Source: a virus
Lineage: Duplodnaviria > Caudoviricetes
IMG/VR virus record: IMGVR_UViG_3300012347_000334
Location: 1-35,950 of that record
Strand: one strand, 5' to 3'
DNA length: 35,950 bases
Made by a program: the position numbers and the translations under genes. Below are positions 7,544-17,080 of this stretch, in pieces; position 1 is the first letter of the stretch; the number at the start of each line of letters is the position of its first letter. The notes beneath the pieces were generated by a model that saw nothing but the letters and a program-made list of their open reading frames with translations, was not told where the DNA came from and did not search any database.

Positions 7544-9976
7544 CTATATGATCCGATAAGGGAATGCTTCATCACTAACAAATCCGATCAAGTCTACTTC
7601 ATAACCTATTAGTGGATTAAAGCCTAATTCTCTATCTACTGTCAAAACTGAACCAGCAATATCAGTAACAATAGCCTCAATAGAGTCTACAGTGTATGCA
7701 TAATTATGCACTCTTACAACGCATCCAACATAGAAAACGCTTGGATCTGCGACTTCTACCGTAGTTTGATCTGCTGAATTGGCAGTCACTAAGATATGTG
7801 GATTCATATATACATGCGCGATCTTGTTATAAGCATCGGCTGTGTCGTAATCTGCTATCTCAATGATGTAATCTTCTGCAGGGGTAAAGCTTAACGGTGG
7901 ATCAACGAGCAAAATGTTTGAATTGCCAGGACTAAACCCAGTGAAGATAGTTTCTTCTACATCTGTAAAGTCTGCGCTTCTTACTTTAATTCTTAACCCA
8001 ACATAATCCGGCCATTTGTCTCGCTCTAATTCTAGGGCAGTAGTTGAAAATGATTTTTTTAAAACCAGACTAGACGATGTACTTGCAGATGTAACTTTAG
8101 AACTTGGAGAGATAACACCGTACCGTCCGTCAATACCGTAAGCAGTATCAACTATATCGATAGAGATCTCACCAGTCTTAAAATTAAAAGACTTATTCTG
8201 CACTTCCATAACACGAGACGCAAGGCCGCGAAGTCCAGTTTTCGAGTCTAGCAATTGCAAATCTTTAATTATGCAAGTATCGCCAACCTCTAAACCCCAG
8301 CCAACACTGAATGGAACTTTAACGCCCTTTAGGCTCTCAGCCCCGAACTGGTATCTATCAAGCAATCTTTGAGTATTGTTTTCGATCACAACAAGATTGT
8401 CAGTGGTCTTTCTAATCCCTTTTGATTCGACTAAGAAGGGCTTAGTGCCTGACTTAATTCGATTAAAAGAATTCTGAGATAAAACAACTCGACCCGCTGT
8501 GAACTTATCCTCTACCGCGTCTTCGTTAAACTTATATATAATTGCATTATAGAAGTTATCTAAAATAGAACGATCAATTGATAAACTTGCTGCATTTAAA
8601 ACAGTAGATTCATCTAAAGTCTTTGATTCAAACTTTAATATCGGAGGTTTGGTCTTACCAATAGAGACGCGTCCCTTACGGGGTATAGAATAACAAGCCG
8701 CTGGATACATGATCTCTTTATTAATCAAATCCTTACCGCTGATAGTATCTTTTAAGTACATCTCATAGAATGGTAATGAAGATAGAAATAGTGACTTAAT
8801 AGAAATAAACTCATCAACATCAACTTGATCTGGCGTGAGTCCCACACCATCAGGCAATGTATTATACTGAGTTTTAAAGCTAGCGAATCCACCACTTGAT
8901 GTCTCGATAGTTAAAGGATAAGCAGCGTCTAGAGTTACCAAAGAGCCCGATGGGTCATCTGATACGCTAATTATTAAAGCATCAGTAACATTATTAGCAG
9001 GAGTTGTGGCGCCAGTGATCGTTACCGTATCACCAGCATATACGTTTTGCTCTTCTAATCTTACACCAGGTAAGAAGATACTATTTAAAGTCTCAGGATC
9101 TGGACCTTGGCCATACTCAGTGATTGCAACATCTGTTTTCCAAGGTGTCTCTGCCCCTGACATTAATACCTGTAAGCATAAATCAATCGCATTAGAAGAT
9201 GCAGTACCATCACCTAAGACATAAAAGGTCTGAGTGCTAGCCTCGATGTCATGTGCTGCTGCGATAGTGTCGAACTGCGCACGCGTGCACCCCGTCAATG
9301 AGGTTGATGTCATGCCAGTATATCGAATTATCTCATCGTCAATACGGACATAGGTCTTGAAGAGTGTACTAGGTAATAGCATACCCTCAGTTGATAGCAT
9401 CGGAATGGTAGTAACTGAGTTATTAATTGCTGATGTTAATTCAGATTGAATCTGTTGGAACAAGTCTGATCTTTTTAAATGCTCTGGGTGAGCCACTTTT
9501 AACTTAATCAATCCTGCACTTGTGTTGATCTCTGTAATGTTACCGACAAAGATCCTTAAGAAATCTTCAGGGTAATTAGTCCCAGCTACTCCTAAGTAGA
9601 CCTCTGCTTTTTTGCTTAATATATCATCAAGGCCAACGGTCACTGGCAAATAACCAATAGAATTATCTTTATTAACTAAAGCAATTGTCATGTTGGTTGT
9701 AGAACTAGCTGCACCTTGGTCTTGTAATACTTGTTGTGTGATTTGAGTTGTAGTGCCTTGTAATGAAATTAAATCATCTTGGTTGCCTACAGCATTAGTT
9801 CCGCCATAAACAAGACCAGGCATACCATAAACAAGCCCAGGAGCGCCGTACCTAGAAACTTCTCTGATCTCTGTCGATGTGAATAGATCTAGGCCATCAA
9901 TTTTCAATACTACTTGAGGGATTATCACCCCTCTGTTTGTGGCACTTAATGCGTCGTCTGTGATTGTAAATGCCAT
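7544..9976 (-). CDS. Large tail protein (hub/central-fibre-like), 810 aa
   Basis: Size and position; VRIDDEIIRYTG....LTGCTRAQFDT.AAAH module typical of tail proteins; LEVGD hub-like motif. Confidence 0.7.
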   Translation of the reverse strand: MAFTITDDALSATNRGVIIPQVVLKIDGLDLFTSTEIREVSRYGAPGLVYGMPGLVYGGTNAVGNQDDLISLQGTTTQITQQVLQDQGAASSTTNMTIALVNKDNSIGYLPVTVGLDDILSKKAEVYLGVAGTNYPEDFLRIFVGNITEINTSAGLIKLKVAHPEHLKRSDLFQQIQSELTSAINNSVTTIPMLSTEGMLLPSTLFKTYVRIDDEIIRYTGMTSTSLTGCTRAQFDTIAAAHDIEASTQTFYVLGDGTASSNAIDLCLQVLMSGAETPWKTDVAITEYGQGPDPETLNSIFLPGVRLEEQNVYAGDTVTITGATTPANNVTDALIISVSDDPSGSLVTLDAAYPLTIETSSGGFASFKTQYNTLPDGVGLTPDQVDVDEFISIKSLFLSSLPFYEMYLKDTISGKDLINKEIMYPAACYSIPRKGRVSIGKTKPPILKFESKTLDESTVLNAASLSIDRSILDNFYNAIIYKFNEDAVEDKFTAGRVVLSQNSFNRIKSGTKPFLVESKGIRKTTDNLVVIENNTQRLLDRYQFGAESLKGVKVPFSVGWGLEVGDTCIIKDLQLLDSKTGLRGLASRVMEVQNKSFNFKTGEISIDIVDTAYGIDGRYGVISPSSKVTSASTSSSLVLKKSFSTTALELERDKWPDYVGLRIKVRSADFTDVEETIFTGFSPGNSNILLVDPPLSFTPAEDYIIEIADYDTADAYNKIAHVYMNPHILVTANSADQTTVEVADPSVFYVGCVVRVHNYAYTVDSIEAIVTDIAGSVLTVDRELGFNPLIGYEVDLIGFVSDEAFPYRII

Positions 9977-9986
9977 TAATAACCCC

Positions 9987-10052
9987 TTAGTACCTAGCGA
10001 GAAGAAGAACGAACAAGATAAAACAAATAAAAACTAATTGAATCTCAGTCAT
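9987..10052 (-). CDS. 21-aa single-TM micropeptide (not in ORF track)
   Basis: MTEIQLVFICFILFVLLLARY; ATG overlaps the endolysin TGA; stop abuts the RBS of the next gene. Confidence 0.5.
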   Translation of the reverse strand: MTEIQLVFICFILFVLLLARY

Positions 10053-10669
10053 CGAGTGCTTCCACTCATTGTGTATTTTGCATACTGAGGATAAGCCTTT
10101 TCAAACTCTGCACGAGTTATCTCCACACCTGGTGGATGTTTTAATGGCCAGCGTGGAGGTGTAAGCTTCTCTTTATCAAAATCATATACAGTGATGTTCG
10201 AAGTATTGCTCTGGTTAAATCCTGCACATGCGGCTTGGTTCTTTGCTTTGTCATACCAGAAAAGAAAGAAGAAAACGTGATTTCCACCGCTTGCATGTTG
10301 AATATGGCAAGGAGCGCCAAACCAATACCCTCCAGCCTTTTGTCCATAAGTCTTTAAAGATACGGCCATTGGTGACATTGTAGTTTTAAAACCAAACACT
10401 CCTAGAGCAGCGTTAACTCCATTCATACACCATGCGTAAGTTGAGCCAACTACTGTTTTATAGTTCTTTCCGCTGTACTTCCAAAACGATGACCAGAACT
10501 TGTCATACTTAAATTCATCTTTCCAGATGTTATCAAAGAAGAACTTCATCCAAGGTGCACCCCAAAGATTTTGAGCATTGTGATTAGATGATTCGTTTTG
10601 TTTAACAATGTCACCAGCGGTGATCTTAGTCTTATTAAATATTGATACTAACCAATTCCAAAACGCCAT
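10049..10669 (-). CDS. Endolysin, NlpC/P60-CHAP-like (TIGR02594-type) peptidoglycan hydrolase
   Basis: APWM...AWC..GVNAAL...YGQ...FGA...GGNHVFF...GFNQSN...RWP; Cys/His dyad. Confidence 0.8.
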   Translation of the reverse strand: MAFWNWLVSIFNKTKITAGDIVKQNESSNHNAQNLWGAPWMKFFFDNIWKDEFKYDKFWSSFWKYSGKNYKTVVGSTYAWCMNGVNAALGVFGFKTTMSPMAVSLKTYGQKAGGYWFGAPCHIQHASGGNHVFFFLFWYDKAKNQAACAGFNQSNTSNITVYDFDKEKLTPPRWPLKHPPGVEITRAEFEKAYPQYAKYTMSGSTR

Positions 10670-10677
10670 TGCTTCTC

Positions 10678-10938
10678 CTATTTAGTGTTTCTCGTGCAGG
10701 TATAATTCTTCTTAATATCAATGTATTGCTGATATGGAACGCAAACAAGTCTATCTGCACGATCGTCTTGCGTTCCAAACTCTGCTTTTTTGCCAGTATA
10801 TGCATTAGAGAAATAGAACTTCTGATAGTCACGAGAGAAAATTCCAACATCAATATTTTGCTTGGTCTGACAACTACTAATCCCCAGACTTAGATAAGCG
10901 ATCAGCAGCATTCCTAAAGTCATCTTCAGTCTTTGCAT
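10678..10938 (-). CDS. Lipoprotein, putative o-spanin (Rz1-like)
   Basis: Hydrophobic stretch then LGISSC; overlaps the upstream gene in another frame; adjacent to endolysin. Confidence 0.6.
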   Translation of the reverse strand: MQRLKMTLGMLLIAYLSLGISSCQTKQNIDVGIFSRDYQKFYFSNAYTGKKAEFGTQDDRADRLVCVPYQQYIDIKKNYTCTRNTK

Positions 10939-11077
10939 TTTTAATATCCTCTTCTACTTTTGTTAGTTCGTCTTGTTTTTTCTTGATAGTCATCTCACGA
11001 ACAAAACCTATGAGGGCCTTAATCGCCCCCAAGATTTGAGGTATCGCAGACAACACTGAGATTATCTGCGCAAACAT
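10877..11077 (-). CDS. Putative i-spanin (Rz-like)
   Basis: N-terminal hydrophobic helix plus charged coiled coil; overlapped by the lipoprotein gene. Confidence 0.5.
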   Translation of the reverse strand: MFAQIISVLSAIPQILGAIKALIGFVREMTIKKKQDELTKVEEDIKNAKTEDDFRNAADRLSKSGD

Positions 11078-11355
11078 TACTTAAGTCCTTCTAGAATCTT
11101 CGGAACCTCTACCAACAAAGCAGAGCCTAATTCTAAAGCACCTTTAACGTCTAATGCTTTTAGCTCGCTAGGAATAGCATCCGCACCATTGTATGCAGCA
11201 ACGAGAGCAGCTTTTAACTCTTCATCACCATTGATTTTAGCAAATAACTCTGCTGCATCTGATACTTGAGCGCCATCCTTGAACTTGCTGTATAGTAATA
11301 CACCTAGTTTTAGTGCTCCTAGAATCGCCTCTTTTGTTTCTTTAACTTCTGACAT
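11077..11355 (-). CDS. Hypothetical helical protein in lysis cassette
   Basis: Start MSEVKETKE at 11355 with GGAGG RBS; the ORF-track extension to 11460 overlaps the next gene. Confidence 0.7.
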   Translation of the reverse strand: MSEVKETKEAILGALKLGVLLYSKFKDGAQVSDAAELFAKINGDEELKAALVAAYNGADAIPSELKALDVKGALELGSALLVEVPKILEGLK

Positions 11356-11369
11356 AATCCCTCCCTGGG

Positions 11370-11552
11370 TTATTTTTGAATAATTGCAATTGTGATCTGA
11401 AATAGAACCGTAGCAACGAAAGAAATAACAGCACCAACTCCCATCATTTTCCACCGCCACTCTTTAATAACTGACATATCTTTTTTAATGTCCTGCACGT
11501 CCTGATATATCATTCCAATTACTGTTGGATCATCCACACTACAGCCCTTCAA
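11370..11552 (-). CDS. Putative holin-like protein (short coiled coil plus C-terminal TM)
   Basis: DVQDIKKDMSVIKEWRWK then MMGVGAVISFVATVLFQITIAII; start uncertain. Confidence 0.55.
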   Translation of the reverse strand: MKGCSVDDPTVIGMIYQDVQDIKKDMSVIKEWRWKMMGVGAVISFVATVLFQITIAIIQK

Positions 11553-12060
11553 GTTTGTCTAAAATGAATTGAATTACTTGTCTAGTATCTGCGTCTTTAA
11601 TCTTATTAATATCAAATGATTCAAGGCCTAATTCAGCTTGTTTTTTCTTAAGCTTAAGAGCATCTAGCTTAGCCTTTTCTGCCGCATCTTCAGCACTTAG
11701 ATCTAAGATCTCTACAGTATAATCAGGAGCCATATAAAACTCTTCAGGCTCTTGGACTATCTTAATCTCTGGAATAGCTTCACTGATTATTTTTACATAA
11801 CTTGGAATAGCAGGAGTTATTTCAACGCCGCTTTCATCTAATACCGCTGGAACTTCTGGAACTAATTCTGTAACCGCTTCAACCGCTGGAATGATATGAA
11901 ACTCTTCTGCCTTAGTGACCACTTTCTTCTGTGGAAACTGTGGATATTGCTTCATATCTTCACATAGAAGTTTGTGCTCTTGAGCCTCAGCAAGTGATTT
12001 GAAAGTTGGTGAGTGGATTACTTTGCCTTGTGAATCTTTAACAAGTATTTGATATTTCAT
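11539..12060 (-). CDS. Hypothetical protein, possible fibre-assembly chaperone
   Basis: Directly follows the fibre-like gene; PAV/PEV-rich tract. Confidence 0.6.
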   Translation of the reverse strand: MKYQILVKDSQGKVIHSPTFKSLAEAQEHKLLCEDMKQYPQFPQKKVVTKAEEFHIIPAVEAVTELVPEVPAVLDESGVEITPAIPSYVKIISEAIPEIKIVQEPEEFYMAPDYTVEILDLSAEDAAEKAKLDALKLKKKQAELGLESFDINKIKDADTRQVIQFILDKLEGL

Positions 12061-13745
12061 TATCTAGCTCCTAGACACATAAGGTTAACATCGTATGCCG
12101 TGCAATCTGTACCTGTCGCAGCAGCATCACAATCTATAGATATACTAGAAACAGTAGTTGAATTTATAGAATAGATGTTGCTTGGGTTTGTTAAATCTGT
12201 TCCTACAACAATACACCACGGAGCCGCAGAGTACGAACTTGAGAAAGTAACAGCGCACGCACCTGATGCTATGTTTCCTATAGTAGAAATGAATGAAGAT
12301 GAAGACTGAGATGTTATTGATGATGATCCATCGCAATTTAGGTATGCAGCTTCAAACTTTAAGGCACCGCTTGCGTTACTAGTAACAGATCCTAATAGTT
12401 GAGGAGCGTTTTGAGTTTCTGACCAGCCTGAGATCGGTATTCTTGCCTCAAAGAATACTACCTCACCAGTACCAAAGAGAGTGCTTCCATTAGTGGCATT
12501 AAATGGACCTATCGCAGGCGTGTACTCATCGCCAGTAAAATAAACATGGCTATCACTGCTTGCAATATTGATAAGCATAGCGCCGGACTTAGTTGTTGTT
12601 GCGGACGCATTGTTTCGATACCACCTGCCTGCGACTGAACCAGCTGGAACTTTTACAGAGTCAATAGTTAGGCCTGTAGGTAATGTGAATCGTGCCTGTG
12701 ATGCAGTTGTTGTTCCTGCCGTGAATCTGCAATCCATTAACAAGTCACCGCCATCACGCTTATGACGACAATCCATTGCATTAGTGTATGTTACGGTGCC
12801 AAATCCTTGCTGTGTTGTTGAGAGTCCAGCGGCGGTCCAGTCATAGTTATAATTATTTGCAGTGATGGTATTCTGTGAATAATCTGAGCCTGTTTTTGTG
12901 CAGGTTATTCCAACAGCAACCGCAGATTTTGTAGCATTAAATGATGTGCGATATGTTATAGAAGTTGAGTTTGCTGCTACCGTTGTAGAAATGCTAATTG
13001 CACTTGCAGCCGCGTCCCCGTTATTTAATAAACTAAAGGTACAAGTTGGAGTAGCAGTAAAGAAACCAGTGCTAAAAGTACATGCAAATAAAGAAGTATC
13101 AGAGAGCGAACAGTTTCCATTTATCCAATCTCCACCTGTTTCATCACTAACAACACCAGCAAGAGATACTTTAGCGCTAAATGTATTAGGAGCAATGCCA
13201 GATCCTATATTAGTAGCTTGGCCATAATATAACTTACCTAGATAAATCGCAGGTGCAGTACCTGCTACTGTCTGAGTGATTCTGACCTTACGAGATGATG
13301 AGCAAACATAGTTTACACTAAATGGAGTCCAAGTAGTTCTATTGCCTAAGACACTTGATGTAGCTAGTACATTTGAAGAGCCATCTAATACTTGAGCTGC
13401 ATATAAAGTGCCGTCACCTTTGACTAGTCCTTTAAATTCGCAGTTGCCTTCATCAGCTGGATTTCTAATTGTGTCTAGAGTGAACTCACAATATCCGTTT
13501 AAAGCAGAGGCATCACACTCAATTGATGATACACCGTCTATTTTATATCCTGCTGTTGTAGACCTTGCCACTGCTGCACTTGATGTAGATATGCTTGTGA
13601 CATTCTTCTTAGCTGATGGGTTTAAGATGTAGTTAGTGAAGTAATCAGCCCCAGATACAGATGTAAAACCTGTATTTCTATCGCCAACAACTTGGGCATT
13701 AACCAGTGTTGATATGAATAATGTTAGTAAAATAAATAGTCTCAT
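12060..13745 (-). CDS. Tail-fibre/receptor-binding-like protein with predicted Sec signal peptide
   Basis: AGGGG RBS before ATG 13745; MRLFILLTLFISTLVNA/Q; S/T/G/A-rich with many Cys; two related beta domains (ACTFSTGFFTATPTC and ACAVTFSSSYSAAPWC). Confidence 0.7.
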   Translation of the reverse strand: MRLFILLTLFISTLVNAQVVGDRNTGFTSVSGADYFTNYILNPSAKKNVTSISTSSAAVARSTTAGYKIDGVSSIECDASALNGYCEFTLDTIRNPADEGNCEFKGLVKGDGTLYAAQVLDGSSNVLATSSVLGNRTTWTPFSVNYVCSSSRKVRITQTVAGTAPAIYLGKLYYGQATNIGSGIAPNTFSAKVSLAGVVSDETGGDWINGNCSLSDTSLFACTFSTGFFTATPTCTFSLLNNGDAAASAISISTTVAANSTSITYRTSFNATKSAVAVGITCTKTGSDYSQNTITANNYNYDWTAAGLSTTQQGFGTVTYTNAMDCRHKRDGGDLLMDCRFTAGTTTASQARFTLPTGLTIDSVKVPAGSVAGRWYRNNASATTTKSGAMLINIASSDSHVYFTGDEYTPAIGPFNATNGSTLFGTGEVVFFEARIPISGWSETQNAPQLLGSVTSNASGALKFEAAYLNCDGSSSITSQSSSSFISTIGNIASGACAVTFSSSYSAAPWCIVVGTDLTNPSNIYSINSTTVSSISIDCDAAATGTDCTAYDVNLMCLGAR

Positions 13746-13752
13746 AAATCCC

Positions 13753-14463
13753 CTAGCAATTTCTGCTTTGTTCACGATATTTAGAATTGAAATATAAGAA
13801 TGTGATCATGTTGCCGTCACCTAAAGTAACTCCACCATTCATCACAGTGTTTGTTGCCGGAACTATAGTGACTGTGTTTGTGTCAGATGTTCCTGCTAGA
13901 ACTAGCTGATCACCATCTTGAGCATTCGTAATTCCTAGATCGGTAAGAGTTACTGCACCACCATTGCCAGAGATTTGTAAGACTTGAGCTGAGTTAGCGC
14001 CAGGAGTAAGAGTAGTGGCATTTGTTTGAGCAGCATTTGCTACTATTTCAAAACTACCACCGATTGCTTTTAGGACTGTGCCGTTATCTGCATATAATTT
14101 ATTTGTATCTGTGCCGTAAACGACTGTTGCTACTTTGCGAGTGAGCGCATCTAGATTTGCCTTAGTGTTCTTTGGCACCGTTATGCGAGAAGTATTTGAA
14201 GCAGTCCCACCGTCATAATCTTTGTTAGTTAAAGTCTGAGTGTTAGTAGTTCCTACAACCGCACCAGTAGCACCATGAGCCGCAGTCGCCGCAGCATGAG
14301 ATATACCATCATTAATCGCCGCTTGAACGTCTGCAACAGTAGCGCCAGATCCAGAAACTTTTGCTAAAGTGATTGCACCAGTAACAGTACTGTTTGCAGT
14401 CTTAGATACGAAAGCAGCGTTTGTTACTGCTGCATTGACGCTTTGGCCGTCTGTGATACTCAT
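13753..14463 (-). CDS. Tail fibre/shaft-like structural protein
   Basis: HGATGAVVGTTNTQTLTNK repeat-type motif and VVYGTDTNKLY.DNG fibre motif. Confidence 0.7.
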   Translation of the reverse strand: MSITDGQSVNAAVTNAAFVSKTANSTVTGAITLAKVSGSGATVADVQAAINDGISHAAATAAHGATGAVVGTTNTQTLTNKDYDGGTASNTSRITVPKNTKANLDALTRKVATVVYGTDTNKLYADNGTVLKAIGGSFEIVANAAQTNATTLTPGANSAQVLQISGNGGAVTLTDLGITNAQDGDQLVLAGTSDTNTVTIVPATNTVMNGGVTLGDGNMITFLYFNSKYREQSRNC

Positions 14464-15233
14464 AGTGAAACCTCTCTAAACTTTAGTAAACCAGTTGTAT
14501 AATATCCAGGGAGGCCTTTTGCATACTCTTCTTTAAGTCTAAAACCTAACCCTTCAGAACTCTCTGATGTTGATTCTAGAATGCAATTAGTAAATGTGGC
14601 AACACTACTAATGTCTGGAATGAACTCGATAGGTCCCTTTTCAATTGCGTATTCTAAAAACGATCTAGCATCGTCAACACCCGTTGGATTAGATGTGATA
14701 TAAGCACCTAGTCCTTGGTCTACATCAGTGATAAACATCAATTCACATTCCATAATCTTGTCTGTTCTAAACCTAATTAACTCAACCTTGCCACTAGCAG
14801 TCTTATGCAGAGTAGTTTCTTCCTGACTTTGATTATCATTGAACTCAACATAATTCTGAAGTCTGAACTGTGGTCTATAAGACGCACCTACTGATAGATT
14901 GCTTAAATAAGAGTCATCACCTGTGCGATCTGATCCGCTAAATCCTAATGTCGGATAAGCGTCTGATAAGCTAGAACCTGTAGAAACTAATAATGAGAAA
15001 TTAGAATCACCTGAGATTGTATATGTTCTAGCTGTTCTATCGACAGTGACAACATAGTTTAATGTTCCGCTAGCGTTCATTGCACGTGCTACCTCTGTAG
15101 CGAAGGTAGTTAGAGTATATCTAGCACTAACAAGTGTTGCGATGATCTCTGGACCGCCTTCGTTAAAGGCAATTTCATTGTTCGAAGTATTTATTTCAAT
15201 GCCATAATAAAAAGCTGAGTGAGTATAAATCAC
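14460..15233 (-). CDS. Distal tail-like protein
   Basis: Immediately downstream of tape measure; assigned by position. Confidence 0.6.
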   Translation of the reverse strand: MIYTHSAFYYGIEINTSNNEIAFNEGGPEIIATLVSARYTLTTFATEVARAMNASGTLNYVVTVDRTARTYTISGDSNFSLLVSTGSSLSDAYPTLGFSGSDRTGDDSYLSNLSVGASYRPQFRLQNYVEFNDNQSQEETTLHKTASGKVELIRFRTDKIMECELMFITDVDQGLGAYITSNPTGVDDARSFLEYAIEKGPIEFIPDISSVATFTNCILESTSESSEGLGFRLKEEYAKGLPGYYTTGLLKFREVSL

Positions 15234-17080
15234 GCCATCACCCCACGTTTAATAATCACGCCTTGCTTATCAAAGGCTGTATTTAATATATCAACAATCC
15301 TTAGTCCGGTTTCATCTGAGTCTAGAACATCGCCTTGAATATTAATAGCTACTGTTGTTGTAGCCTCTGGACGCTGGACTGACTCTGCTAAGTCTACAGG
15401 TGTTTCTGTTGGAGTTGTTCCTATTGGTTCAACCTGAGGAGCTGTAGCACCGCCTGAACCAGCACCGCCACCGCCTCCGCCCATTCCACCAAGAACTCCA
15501 CCGAAAACACTTAGAGCAATACCTGCTCCGATAAGTGGGCCGCCGATACCAGGTGTTAATGGATTTAGTGATGCTGCGATACCTTGTAAGATATAACCTT
15601 GTCCTAATTGAACTAACATTCCACCGATTGCTTTTAGAAACGCATCTGCAAATGCTTGAGTCGCATCCTTACCTTGAGCCAATGCTTGACCAAATGCTGC
15701 GAATGATGAACTAACAGCCCCACCTAATCCAGTGAGTGCAGCCTTACCCATTGCTGCAAAGTTTTTAGATGCATTCTTGCTCATATCAGCAAGTGAATCA
15801 CTCACCCCTTGAGCTAAAAACTCAAAGCTAGTTTCTAAATTAACAATCTCATAAGAAGTTCCTTGCATATCTGCAACCGCATTGTTCTTAAAGTCCTGAA
15901 CAACAGCTTTAGCACCCTCAAATTTAGTACGCATATCTTCTAAAAAGAGCGCCGTACTACCAGCAAAATCAACATTCAATGCCGTATCTGCTGCTTGCGT
16001 AGCGATGTCTAATTGAGTTACGAATGTCCCTGTATATGCGTCCGAAACGCTCGCAAGTGATTCTTTAATTCCTGCAAACATTGGAACATCTGGAAATTGA
16101 TCAACTAAGAAAGATAATGTCTTTGCAACACCAGCAACAAGACCAGATGCGCCCAGTAAGATTGCTTGAAAACCAGCATTAACTAGTCTTGTGGCAATCT
16201 CAACTGGTGCAATTAAATATTGATTAATAACCTCTGCGAATTTTATCGATATGATAATTATATCACCAATGATGTCTCGGCCTTCTCTAAATCCAGAGAT
16301 AGACTCAGCAGCAGTTCTAAATCCTTCAGCTATAATCTGAAACAATTTAACTAATGCAGGTGACTGAGTAACAAACTTACCAACTTCTTCTAGAACATCT
16401 TCAAATGCATTCTTTAAAGTATTAATAGAACCTTGAAAAGTATTTGCTTGAGCCGCAGCACTTCCACCAAATCTAGACAAGACAACGTCAATCGCCTCGC
16501 CTGCTTTTAAAGCCTCTGCGCTAAGGTTCTTAATCGCAGGTACGCTTGAACCAATGCGACCAGCCTCGCCTTGTAGTGTTTTACCTAATGCTTCAATAGA
16601 TGAATTTAGATCCTTGCCAGTTGCAGCACTCAATTCAATCGCTGCTTGCGTAAGTTTCTTCGCCTCATCATTTGTTCTTGCAAAGTTATTTGATAACGCC
16701 AAAAGCCCATCAATGACTTCTGCGTCCATTGCAGTCGTTGCACCTAATTGCTTAGCAAACTCCTGAAACTCTCTCGATGCCTCTTGAGTAAAACGTCCAG
16801 CGCTTGCAAGTGATTGATTAAGTCTAGTTATAGCCTGTTCTTGCTCTATCGCAGCTTCAATCGATGCTTTAGAGAATATTGTGCCAACGTATGCAGCACC
16901 TACAGCAGCAAGTCCTGCGCCTACAGCAGCAAGGTTCTTAGTGAGTAAGCTAGTTATTCCACCTAGGCTTGATTCGATATTTTTAGATGATGCTTTTGCT
17001 TGCTTCTCGATATTAGAGAAGCTTTGTTTGACTGATCCCTCTTCTAGCTCTATCGATAATCTTATTTTATCATCTGCCAT
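15230..17080 (-). CDS. Tail tape measure protein
   Basis: Ala/Gly-rich helical; LTQAAIELSAATGKDL, FGGSAAAQANTFQG, INIQGDV; follows the chaperone pair. Confidence 0.9.
   Translation of the reverse strand: MADDKIRLSIELEEGSVKQSFSNIEKQAKASSKNIESSLGGITSLLTKNLAAVGAGLAAVGAAYVGTIFSKASIEAAIEQEQAITRLNQSLASAGRFTQEASREFQEFAKQLGATTAMDAEVIDGLLALSNNFARTNDEAKKLTQAAIELSAATGKDLNSSIEALGKTLQGEAGRIGSSVPAIKNLSAEALKAGEAIDVVLSRFGGSAAAQANTFQGSINTLKNAFEDVLEEVGKFVTQSPALVKLFQIIAEGFRTAAESISGFREGRDIIGDIIIISIKFAEVINQYLIAPVEIATRLVNAGFQAILLGASGLVAGVAKTLSFLVDQFPDVPMFAGIKESLASVSDAYTGTFVTQLDIATQAADTALNVDFAGSTALFLEDMRTKFEGAKAVVQDFKNNAVADMQGTSYEIVNLETSFEFLAQGVSDSLADMSKNASKNFAAMGKAALTGLGGAVSSSFAAFGQALAQGKDATQAFADAFLKAIGGMLVQLGQGYILQGIAASLNPLTPGIGGPLIGAGIALSVFGGVLGGMGGGGGGAGSGGATAPQVEPIGTTPTETPVDLAESVQRPEATTTVAINIQGDVLDSDETGLRIVDILNTAFDKQGVIIKRGVMA

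Noticed and set aside
9804-9841. 21-nt tandem repeat encoding PGLVYG twice
   Set aside because: A short intragenic duplication with no sign of a separate function.
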